Shown here piece by piece: positions 37,370 to 45,559 of a stretch of 64,000 bases of DNA. Position numbers and translations under genes: made by a program. Positions within the stretch are counted from its first letter, which is position 1, and each line of letters starts with the position of its first letter. Under the pieces are notes generated by a model that ran no database searches, was not told the origin of the DNA, and worked only from the letters and a program-made list of their open reading frames with translations. The stretch is from Gammaproteobacteria bacterium (GTDB taxonomy: Bacteria; Pseudomonadota; Gammaproteobacteria; Natronospirales; REEB76): contig DASVOS010000009.1 of the NCBI GenBank assembly GCA_036383255.1, forward strand, positions 47,287 to 111,286, read 5' to 3'.

Positions 37370-38719
37370 ATGGGCGCGGCCCACATCTCCTACGACGTAG
37401 ACTTCCTGGCCGCGTGCCGGCATGCGCCCGATCTTTTCCCGTTCCTGCTGGAGAGCGCTGCCCGTGGCGGCGCCCAGGGCCGTTACGATTTCCTGTTCGC
37501 CCGCCCCGATCCCGAGATGCTGGTGCTGCACGCGGACGGCCGTCTCACCGGTCCTCACGCGGAAGAGGCCGGCGGCGACTTCCTGACGGCGCTCGATGGC
37601 TGGTGGCGCACGGAACGCACGCGCGCGAAGGGTGCCGAGGGCAGCGCATTCCGCGGCGGCTTCTTCCTGTATCTCGGCTACGAGCTCGTGGGGCAGGTCG
37701 AGCAGAACCTCAGGCTTACGCCGGGCCGCGACCTGCCGGTGGCATTCGCCGCGCGCGCACCGGCAGCTCTGGTGCGGGATCACTTGGCCGGCACCGTGAA
37801 TTGGGTGGCGGAGCCCGGCAGCGAAGCCCTGCTCGAGCGGTTGGCGGTGATCCTGGGGCAGGGGCCGGTGCCGGAGACCGCGGTACTGGCGGGCGGTCTC
37901 GCGGAAGAAGAGCCGGGGCGCTACCTGGACCAGGTGACGCGCGCGCGACGATATATATATGAAGGAGACATCTTCCAGGCGAACCTGAGCCGGCACTGGT
38001 CAGCGGCGCTGGCGCCGGAAGCGACGCCCACCGGCCTCTACGCCAGGCTGCGCCGCGCCAACCCGGCGCCCTTCGCAGGGCTTGCTCTCTATGGCGACGC
38101 GGCCATCATCAGTTCCTCGCCGGAGCGTCTCGTCAGCGTCACCGGACGGCGGGTGGATACCCGGCCCATCGCCGGCACCCGGCCGCGGGGCCCCGATCCG
38201 GCGCGTGATGCAGCCCTCATCCGCGAGCTCATCGAGAACCCCAAGGAGCGGGCCGAGCACGTGATGCTCCTGGACATGGAGCGCAACGACTTGGGAAGGC
38301 TGGCGGAACCGGGCAGCGTCAGGGTGGATGAGCTCATGGTGGTGGAGTCCTACACCCACGTGCACCACATCGTCTCCAACGTCTGCGCCCGGCTGCGCGA
38401 GGGCACCACCCCGGCGCAGGTCATCCGCGCGGTATTTCCGGGCGGCACCATCACCGGCTGTCCCAAGGTGCGTTGCATGCAGATCATCGCCGAACTGGAG
38501 CAGGCGAGCCGCGAGGCCTACACCGGCGCCATGGGCTGGCTGAACCTGGACGGCGACATGGACCTCAACATCCTCATCCGCACCTTGGTGCAGAAGGGAC
38601 GCCGCCTCACGTTCCGCGCCGGCGCCGGCATCGTGGCGGACTCGGTGCCGGAACGGGAGCTGGAGGAGACGCGCGCCAAGGCCCGCGGCCTCGCCCGCGC
38701 CCTGGGAGGGGATGCATGA
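37370..38719 (+). CDS. pabB: aminodeoxychorismate synthase component I
   Basis: Start at the ATG at 37370; the track extension overlaps fabF out of frame. Chorismate-binding core present (SSSPERLV, PIAGTRPRG, ERAEHVMLLDMERNDLGR, FPGGTITGCPK). Adjacent to pabC. Confidence 0.8.
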   Translation: MGAAHISYDVDFLAACRHAPDLFPFLLESAARGGAQGRYDFLFARPDPEMLVLHADGRLTGPHAEEAGGDFLTALDGWWRTERTRAKGAEGSAFRGGFFLYLGYELVGQVEQNLRLTPGRDLPVAFAARAPAALVRDHLAGTVNWVAEPGSEALLERLAVILGQGPVPETAVLAGGLAEEEPGRYLDQVTRARRYIYEGDIFQANLSRHWSAALAPEATPTGLYARLRRANPAPFAGLALYGDAAIISSSPERLVSVTGRRVDTRPIAGTRPRGPDPARDAALIRELIENPKERAEHVMLLDMERNDLGRLAEPGSVRVDELMVVESYTHVHHIVSNVCARLREGTTPAQVIRAVFPGGTITGCPKVRCMQIIAELEQASREAYTGAMGWLNLDGDMDLNILIRTLVQKGRRLTFRAGAGIVADSVPERELEETRAKARGLARALGGDA

Positions 38720-39531
38720 AGCCCGCTGCCTGGATCGACGGCCAGCCGGCCGACGTGCTGCCGCTCACTGACCGGGGCCTGCACTACGGCGATGGCCTGT
38801 TCGAGACCATGGCGGTGCGGGACGGCCGTATCCAGAGGCTGGGACTGCACCTGGATCGCCTGCAAGAGGGCTGTAGCAGGCTCAGGCTCGCTGCGCCGGA
38901 CCGTGCGCCGCTCGAACGGGAGCTGCAGCAGGTCGCCCAGGGACAGGCGCGGGCCGTGCTCAAGCTCATGTTCACCCGCGGCAGCGGCGGACGCGGTTAC
39001 CGTCCGACCGAAGATGCAGCTGCCCTCCGCATCCTCCTGCGTTATCCCTGGCCCGATTATCCCGCCGCCTGGAGCGAGCAGGGCATCGAGTTGCGTCTGT
39101 GCACGACACGTCTAGCCTGCAATCCCGCTCTGGCAGGTTTGAAGCACCTCAACCGCCTGGAGCAGGTGCTGGCGCGGGCGGAATGGAGCGAGGGCGCACC
39201 GGAGGGCCTGATGCTGGACACCGGCGGCCGCGCGGTGGAAGGTACAATGACAAACCTGTTCGCATCGCCGGCGGAGGATAGGCTGGTGACGCCGGACCTG
39301 AGCCAGGCGGGTGTCGCCGGCGTGACGCGCCGCCATATCCTGGCGCGGGCGGAGCAAGCGGGGATCAAGACCGAAGTGCGGCACATGGGCCTGGATGAAC
39401 TGCTGGACCAGCGGGAGATATTCGTGTGCAATTCCATCGCCGGGGTGTGGCCGGTGACGCGCATCGGCGCGCGCAGCTACCCGATCGGCTCCCTGACACG
39501 GCTGGCCGCGGCCTGGGCCGCGGAAACCTGA
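38716..39531 (+). CDS. pabC: aminodeoxychorismate lyase (class IV aminotransferase fold)
   Basis: Start at the ATG at 38716 (ATGA overlap with pabB). DRGLHYGDGLFETM and GLKHLNRLEQVLA motifs. Confidence 0.8.
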   Translation: MKPAAWIDGQPADVLPLTDRGLHYGDGLFETMAVRDGRIQRLGLHLDRLQEGCSRLRLAAPDRAPLERELQQVAQGQARAVLKLMFTRGSGGRGYRPTEDAAALRILLRYPWPDYPAAWSEQGIELRLCTTRLACNPALAGLKHLNRLEQVLARAEWSEGAPEGLMLDTGGRAVEGTMTNLFASPAEDRLVTPDLSQAGVAGVTRRHILARAEQAGIKTEVRHMGLDELLDQREIFVCNSIAGVWPVTRIGARSYPIGSLTRLAAAWAAET

Positions 39532-39535
39532 ACTC

Positions 39536-40531
39536 ATGAGACTGCGCGTCATCCTGCCCCTGTTGCTGCTGCTCCTGGCCGGTGGAGCAAGCTACATCTA
39601 TTGGAGCTGGAACAACCGGCCGTTGCCGCTGGCCGAGGCGCGGGATGTGGAGATCCGGCCCGGCGAGTCCCTGCGCCAGGTGGCGCAGGAGTTCGCGAAG
39701 CAGGGCATCGTCGCGCATGCCTACGACCTCGTCTGGTTCGCACGCCTGCACCGCGCCTCCGGCGGCCTGCGTGCCGGCGAGTACCACGTGGAACCGGGCC
39801 TCACCGTGGCGCAGCTGCTCAAGCTCATGCGCAGCGGCAAGGTGGTGATGCATTCCCTCACCCTGGTGGACGGCTGGACCTTCCAGCAGGTGCTGGCGGC
39901 GGTGGAGCAGGAACCAAACCTCGCGCACGAGCTCAAGGGCCTGAACGGCACGGCGCTGATGGAGAAGCTCGGCTTCGACGCCGAGAGTCCCGAGGGTCTG
40001 GTGATGCCGGACACCTACCAGTTCCCGCGCGGCACCAGCGACGTGGCTTTCCTGCGCCGCGCCCACGAGGCTGAGCAGCAGGAGCTGGCGGCGGCGTGGG
40101 ATGCGCGCGCGCCGGGACTGCCCTACAAGGATCCCTACGAAGCGCTGATCATGGCCTCCATCGTGGAGAAGGAGACCGGCCAGGCCACCGAGCGGCCTCA
40201 GATCGCGGGCGTGTTCGTGCGGCGCCTGCAGAAAGGCATGAAGCTGCAGACAGATCCGACCGTCATCTACGGCTTGGGCGACCGCTATTTCGGCAACATC
40301 ACTCTCAAGGACCTGCGCACCGACACGCCCTACAACACCTATACCCGCCACGGGTTGCCGCCTACGCCCATCTGCATGCCGGGCCGGCCCGCCATCGACG
40401 CGGCGCTGCACCCGGCGGGGGGCAACGCGCTCTACTTCGTGGCGAGGGGTGATGGCACCCACGTGTTCTCCGCCACCCTCAAGGAGCAGAATGCGGCGGT
40501 GGCGAAGTATCAATTGAAGCACGGCAAATGA
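39536..40531 (+). CDS. mltG: endolytic murein transglycosylase (YceG family)
   Basis: 331 aa. N-terminal TM helix, then ASIVEKETG, LQTDPTVIYG and YNTYTRHGLPPTPICMPG. Confidence 0.9.
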   Translation: MRLRVILPLLLLLLAGGASYIYWSWNNRPLPLAEARDVEIRPGESLRQVAQEFAKQGIVAHAYDLVWFARLHRASGGLRAGEYHVEPGLTVAQLLKLMRSGKVVMHSLTLVDGWTFQQVLAAVEQEPNLAHELKGLNGTALMEKLGFDAESPEGLVMPDTYQFPRGTSDVAFLRRAHEAEQQELAAAWDARAPGLPYKDPYEALIMASIVEKETGQATERPQIAGVFVRRLQKGMKLQTDPTVIYGLGDRYFGNITLKDLRTDTPYNTYTRHGLPPTPICMPGRPAIDAALHPAGGNALYFVARGDGTHVFSATLKEQNAAVAKYQLKHGK

Positions 40532-41175
40532 AGAAGACACGGACCAGACGCGGGCGCTTCATCACCCTGGAAGGAGTGGAGGGCGTCGGCAAGTCCACGC
40601 ACATGCGGTTCGTGTGCAACGAGCTGCGCGCCCGCGGCCTCACGGTGTTGGAGACCCGCGAGCCCGGCGGCACGCCGGAGGCGGACGAGGTACGCGCCAC
40701 GCTGCTCAAGGTCAGGGGCGACGGCTTCGATCCCACCGCGGAGCTGCTCATGATGTTCGCCGCCCGCGCGCTGCACGTGCACAAGCTCATCCGTCCCGCG
40801 CTCGCGGCGGGCACCTGGGTGGTATGCGACCGCTTCACCGACGCGAGCTATGCCTACCAGGGAGGCGGCCGCGGCATCCGCGTGGCGGAGATCGCCAAGC
40901 TCGAGCGCATGGTGCTGAAGGGACTCAAGCCTGACCTCACTCTGCTCTTGGACGTGAAGGTGGCGGTGGGCATGGCCCGTGCCCGCGGGCGGGGTGAGCT
41001 GGACCGCTTCGAGCGGGAGAAAGACGCTTTCTTCGAGAGGGTGCGGCGTGTGTACCTCGCCCGTGCCCGCAAGGAGCCGCGCCGCATCAAGGTGGTGGAC
41101 GCGGGACAAGACATACCCAGCGTGCAGCGGGATCTCGCTGCGGTGCTGGACGAGCGCCTGGAGCGCTGGACGTGA
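40528..41175 (+). CDS. tmk: thymidylate kinase
   Basis: 215 aa. FITLEGVEGVGKST P-loop and DRF..S..AYQG motif. Confidence 0.9.
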   Translation: MKKTRTRRGRFITLEGVEGVGKSTHMRFVCNELRARGLTVLETREPGGTPEADEVRATLLKVRGDGFDPTAELLMMFAARALHVHKLIRPALAAGTWVVCDRFTDASYAYQGGGRGIRVAEIAKLERMVLKGLKPDLTLLLDVKVAVGMARARGRGELDRFEREKDAFFERVRRVYLARARKEPRRIKVVDAGQDIPSVQRDLAAVLDERLERWT

Positions 41176-42236
41176 GCATGCTGCTGACGCTCGCCGCCGT
41201 GCCGCTGCCCTGGCAGCGTGAGCTGTGGGAGATGCTCGCCGCCCGGCTCAAGGAAGGACGGCTCGCCCATGGCCTGCTCATCAGCGGGCAGCCGGGCCTG
41301 GGCAAGGGCCTGTTCGCCGCCGCCTTCGCCAAGTTCGCGCTCTGCCGCGAGCCCAAGGGCGGCCATGCCTGCGGCCACTGCAGCTCCTGCAGCCAGTTCG
41401 CTGCCGGCGTGCATCCGGACTACAACCATGTGACGTTCGAGGAGCGCGAGGGGAAGGCGGGAGAGGAAGGCGCGCTCAAGATGAACATCAGCATCGAACA
41501 GGTCCGAGAGCTCGTCGGGCGTGTGCAGCTCTCGAGCCAATACGGCGGACGCAAGCTGGCGGTCATCGAGCCGGCGGAGGGCATGAGCCACGCCGCCATG
41601 AACAGCCTGCTCAAGACCCTGGAGGAACCGCCGGCGGACACGCTGCTGCTGCTGGTGAGCTCGGCGCCGGGACGGCTGCCGGCCACCATCCGCAGCCGCT
41701 GCCAGCTGCTGGCGGTGCCGACGCCGGATCCCGCCGTGGCGCGCGGCTGGCTGGAGGCGCGTGAGCGCCGGGAGGACTGGGGCGTGCTGCTCGGCCTCAC
41801 CGGCGGTGCGCCGCTGGCGGCGCTGGAGCTGGCCGCCTCCGACATCGGCCCGCGCCGCAAGGCGTTCTTCGAAGCCCTGGCCCGTCTGCGCGCCGGCCAG
41901 GCCAATCCGGTGATGCTGGCGGCGCACCCGAAGGAACGTTATCCCGAGTTGCTGCGGCTCCTGTGGAGCATGGTCTCGGACCTGATCCTGGTGAAGAGCG
42001 GCGCAGCGGACGCCGTGGTGAACCGCGACCAGCTCCCGCTATTGCAAAAGACCGCGGAGGGCATACACTTGCGTAGCCTCCACGCGTTCCTGGACCGCAT
42101 CCAGGCCGCGATCCAGGCGCTGGATTCCAGCGCGAACCGGGAGCTCGCCTTCACGGTGCTGCTGTCGGACTGGGCGGAGGGACTCAACGACATGAAGGGG
42201 TCGCCGCTGGCGGCGAACGAATGGGGTAACCGATGA
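41172..42236 (+). CDS. holB: DNA polymerase III delta-prime subunit
   Basis: 354 aa. LAHGLLISGQPGLGKG, a CGHCSSC zinc module, LLKTLEEPP and SRCQ. Confidence 0.85.
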   Translation: MSMLLTLAAVPLPWQRELWEMLAARLKEGRLAHGLLISGQPGLGKGLFAAAFAKFALCREPKGGHACGHCSSCSQFAAGVHPDYNHVTFEEREGKAGEEGALKMNISIEQVRELVGRVQLSSQYGGRKLAVIEPAEGMSHAAMNSLLKTLEEPPADTLLLLVSSAPGRLPATIRSRCQLLAVPTPDPAVARGWLEARERREDWGVLLGLTGGAPLAALELAASDIGPRRKAFFEALARLRAGQANPVMLAAHPKERYPELLRLLWSMVSDLILVKSGAADAVVNRDQLPLLQKTAEGIHLRSLHAFLDRIQAAIQALDSSANRELAFTVLLSDWAEGLNDMKGSPLAANEWGNR

Positions 42237-42580
42237 GCGCACCGCGTCAACAGGGCATCCTGAACCTCGCCATCAAGGACAAGAGCGCGCTCTACAGCGC
42301 TTACATGCCGTTCATCAAGAACGGCGGCCTGTTCATCCCCACCGCCAAGCCCTACCAGCTCGGCGACGAGGTCTTCATCCTGCTGCAACTAATGGAATCC
42401 GCCGAGCGCCTGCCGGTGGCCGCCAAGGTCATCTGGGTGACGCCGCGCGGAGCCCAAGGCAAGCGCGCGGCCGGCATCGGCGTGCAGTTCAGCGAGCAGG
42501 ACGGCGGCAACACCTCCAAGAAGATCGAAAGCTACCTCGGCGGCGCCCTCCAGGCCGACCGTCCCACCCACACCATGTAG
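42233..42580 (+). CDS. pilZ: type IV pilus assembly PilZ (non-canonical PilZ domain)
   Basis: 115 aa. ILNLAIKDKSALYSAYMPFIKNGGLFIPT...GIGVQF. Lacks RxxxR, as PilZ orthologues downstream of holB do. Confidence 0.8.
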   Translation: MSAPRQQGILNLAIKDKSALYSAYMPFIKNGGLFIPTAKPYQLGDEVFILLQLMESAERLPVAAKVIWVTPRGAQGKRAAGIGVQFSEQDGGNTSKKIESYLGGALQADRPTHTM

Positions 42581-42581
42581 C

Positions 42582-43934
42582 ATGGCGAGCGGCGGCACAC
42601 AGGCCGGGCAGTCTGGTCCGGAAGAGCGTGTGCGCCTGCTCGCGGAGCGCGCCAGCCAGCACGCCCAGCGCGGCGAGCTGGCGGCGGCCCGCGGCCTGTA
42701 CGAGGACATCCTTAGCCTCGAGCCTGCCAACCCCGAGGCGCTGAGCTTCATCGCCATGAGCGTCCTGCAGGCAGGCGACCTGCGCGGCGGCGTGCAGCGC
42801 CTGGAGCGGGCGGTGGAGCTCAACCCCGTCAATGCGAACCTGCTCAAGAACCTGGGCATCGCCTACCGCGCCGCCGGCAACCGTGAGGGCGCGCTCAAGG
42901 CCTTCGAGCGGGCCGCGGAGCTCAAACCGGACCTGGTGGCGGCGCTGTTCAACCACGGCGCGCTGCTGGAAGAGCTCGGCCGCCGGGACGAGGCGCTGGC
43001 CCGGTACATGCGCGGCTTCGAGGCGGCGGAGGCGGGCGGCCTTTTCCTGGACGTGGCGGCGATCCCCGCCGGCATCCGGATGCTGGCTGAGAAGGCCATG
43101 TCCGCGCTACGCGACGCGCGCATGGAGGTGTTCCACACCGCGCTGGCGCCGGTGGAACGGGAACATGGACGCGCGGCCCTCAGCCGCGTCTGGCACTGCC
43201 TCGAGTCCTACCTGGGGCTGCGCCCGCCCATCCCGCTGCCGGAGCTGCAGCGGCCCACGTTCATGAGCTTCCCGGGGCTGCCGGCCCGCGCCTGGTACGA
43301 ACGCTCCGAGTTCCCCTGGATGGCGGAGCTGGAAAGCCACACCGGCGAGATCCGCGAGGAGCTCCTGGCGGTGCTGTCGCGGGAGGAAGGCTTCCGCCCG
43401 TTCGTGGAGATGCCGCGGGAGCATCCGGGCGCCGCCTACTGGCGGGAGCTCAACCACTCGCCCAACTGGAACGCGTTCTTCTTCTACCGGGACGGCATGG
43501 CCTTCACGGACAACCACGCGCGCTGCCCCCGCACCATCGCGGCGCTGGACGCGGCGCCCCTGAACCGGGTGGCGGACCACTCGCCGGAGGCGCTCTATTC
43601 GGTGCTGACTCCCGGCGCCCATATCCCGCCCCATACCGGCGTCATCAACGTGCGCCTGGTGGTGCACCTGCCGTTGATCGTGCCATCCGCCACCGAGTGC
43701 GGCATCCGCGTGGGGACGGAGACCCGCCACTGGACGGAAGGGCAGTGCATCGCCTTCGACGACACCTTCGAGCATGAGGCCTGGAACCGGAGCGGCAAGA
43801 CCCGGGTGGTGATGATCTTCGACATCTGGAACCCGGCCCTGACGCCGGCGGAACGTGAAGGCATGCGGGTCGCCATCGAGGAGTTGGGGCGCTTCAACCG
43901 CGCCCACGGCGGGAAGCACCAGTCCCTGGCTTGA
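42582..43934 (+). CDS. TPR-repeat protein fused to an aspartyl/asparaginyl beta-hydroxylase (2OG-Fe(II), LpxO-like) domain
   Basis: 450 aa. The N-terminal third is TPR-like (A..Y..L...P.N..AL repeats). The C-terminus carries HIPPHTGVINVRLVVHLPL...FDDTFEHEAWN. Confidence 0.75.
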   Translation: MASGGTQAGQSGPEERVRLLAERASQHAQRGELAAARGLYEDILSLEPANPEALSFIAMSVLQAGDLRGGVQRLERAVELNPVNANLLKNLGIAYRAAGNREGALKAFERAAELKPDLVAALFNHGALLEELGRRDEALARYMRGFEAAEAGGLFLDVAAIPAGIRMLAEKAMSALRDARMEVFHTALAPVEREHGRAALSRVWHCLESYLGLRPPIPLPELQRPTFMSFPGLPARAWYERSEFPWMAELESHTGEIREELLAVLSREEGFRPFVEMPREHPGAAYWRELNHSPNWNAFFFYRDGMAFTDNHARCPRTIAALDAAPLNRVADHSPEALYSVLTPGAHIPPHTGVINVRLVVHLPLIVPSATECGIRVGTETRHWTEGQCIAFDDTFEHEAWNRSGKTRVVMIFDIWNPALTPAEREGMRVAIEELGRFNRAHGGKHQSLA

Positions 43935-43954
43935 CCGTCGGCATTCAGCGGCGA

Positions 43955-43985
43955 TAAAAAAGCCACCTTCAAGGTGGCTTTTTCA
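43955..43985. terminator. bidirectional rho-independent terminator
   Basis: AAAAAA-GCCACC-TTCAA-GGTGGC-TTTTT between convergent genes. Confidence 0.7.
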
Positions 43986-44005
43986 TAGGAAGCCGCGCAG
44001 GGGCA

Positions 44006-45118
44006 TCAGGCCGGGGCGCCGCCCTTGAGCACGTAAACGTCGAAGCCACGCTCGCTGAGAATGTACGCGCCCGCCGAGCTGCGGCGCCCGGTGTCGCAGT
44101 ACACCACGTACTTCTTCTTGGGGTCGAGCGTGTCGAGCTTCAGGCGGATGAAGTAGAGCGGGATGTTGATGGCGCCTTCCTGGTGCTTGTTCTCGAACTC
44201 GCTGGGCAGGCGCACGTCCAGCCACTGGCCGCCGGCGTCGACGATCTTCTGGGCTTCCTCGATGGGGATCCACTTCTGGCTGGGCTCGTTCAGGAGCTTC
44301 TTGAAGTCGTCCTTGGCGAGGCGCACCAGCGAGCCGTCGGTGAGCATGGTGATGGTGGCGTTGCGCTTTGCGTCGGAGATCAAGGCCTCCTCGCCGAAGC
44401 CGTCGCCCGTCACCAGCTCGGCCAGCTTGATGCCGGCCTTGTTGGTGGGGGTCTCGCGGGTCACCACGCACTTGCCGGAGGTGACGATGTAGAAGTAGTC
44501 GCCCTCATCACCCTGCTTGATGATGACGTCGCCGGCCTTGCGCGCGATGTTCTCCATGCGCATCAACACCGCCTGGATGTTGGCGGGCGGGATGCGGTGG
44601 AAGGCCTTGGTCTGGAGGATGGTGGTCATCCAGTCGTCAGCGGGAGCTTCTTCCTGGGCCTGCAACTCGCCGACCTCGAAGGCGCCGGTCTGGTCCCAGG
44701 TGAGCATGATGTCCAAGAGGTCACTGTCCACGCCGAACCACTCGACGTTGGTCTTGGCGCGCGCCGAGAGGTGGCGCGGGATCTGAGGGGCGAGGGGATG
44801 GCGGGCTTCCTCGCTGCCGCCGGTGATGACGCGCACCACCTTGTCGCCAGCACGCAGTTCCACCTCACCCTTGACCAGGTACACGGTGCGCTTGTCGGCA
44901 TCGCCCTGGCGGAACACGTAACGCCCGGCCTCGGTGTCCTGCACCTGGCTCTTGCTGGCGAGGTCCGCCTGGTTCTCCGGCTTGAGGCCACTCAGGGGCG
45001 AGAATTGCTTGATGAGTTCGCGTTCGAGCGGTCGGGGTGCCATCGCTTCCAGCCCTACAACTTGTTGTTCTGACGGGGAAATCCCCACCCCGGGAACCGG
45101 GGAAAGCCATTCTACCAT
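44006..45118 (-). CDS. protein with two cyclic-nucleotide-binding domains and a C-terminal rhodanese domain
   Basis: 370 aa. The second cNMP domain is canonical (GDGFGEEALISDAKRNATI). The rhodanese domain has active-site CDTGRRS. The start may instead be the MAPRPLE methionine at 45043. Confidence 0.75.
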   Translation of the reverse strand: MVEWLSPVPGVGISPSEQQVVGLEAMAPRPLERELIKQFSPLSGLKPENQADLASKSQVQDTEAGRYVFRQGDADKRTVYLVKGEVELRAGDKVVRVITGGSEEARHPLAPQIPRHLSARAKTNVEWFGVDSDLLDIMLTWDQTGAFEVGELQAQEEAPADDWMTTILQTKAFHRIPPANIQAVLMRMENIARKAGDVIIKQGDEGDYFYIVTSGKCVVTRETPTNKAGIKLAELVTGDGFGEEALISDAKRNATITMLTDGSLVRLAKDDFKKLLNEPSQKWIPIEEAQKIVDAGGQWLDVRLPSEFENKHQEGAINIPLYFIRLKLDTLDPKKKYVVYCDTGRRSSAGAYILSERGFDVYVLKGGAPA

Positions 45119-45160
45119 ACCCCCATCGGGCGCCGGCCAAGGCCGGACCGGACCCTTCCC

Positions 45161-45559
45161 TCAGCCCTTGTGTGCCACCGGCACCGGCCTGCGGTTCGCC
45201 CCGACCCGCACGTACGTGACTTGGGCGGTGGCGACCCGCACCGTGGCTTCCCGCTCGCCGTCGCTGCGCTGGGAGAACACGGTGACGTCGATGGCGATGG
45301 AAGTGTTCCCGACCCGCGCCACGTCGGTATAGAAGCTCACCACGTCGCCCACGTAGACCGGGCTCTCGAATACGAAGTCGTTGACCGCCACCGTGACCAC
45401 GCGGCCGCCAGCGCGGCGGAACGCGAGGATGGCGCCGGCCACGTCGGCGTGGGACATGATCCAGCCGCCGAAGATGTCGCCCAGGCCGTTGGTGTCCTTC
45501 GGCATGGCGAGGGTACGGACCTCGGCTGAACGGTCCGCGGGCAGGCTGTCGAACTTCAT
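45161..45559 (-). CDS. acyl-CoA thioesterase, hotdog fold (YciA-like)
   Basis: 132 aa. MPKDTNGLGDIFGGWIMSHADVAG. Confidence 0.8.
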   Translation of the reverse strand: MKFDSLPADRSAEVRTLAMPKDTNGLGDIFGGWIMSHADVAGAILAFRRAGGRVVTVAVNDFVFESPVYVGDVVSFYTDVARVGNTSIAIDVTVFSQRSDGEREATVRVATAQVTYVRVGANRRPVPVAHKG

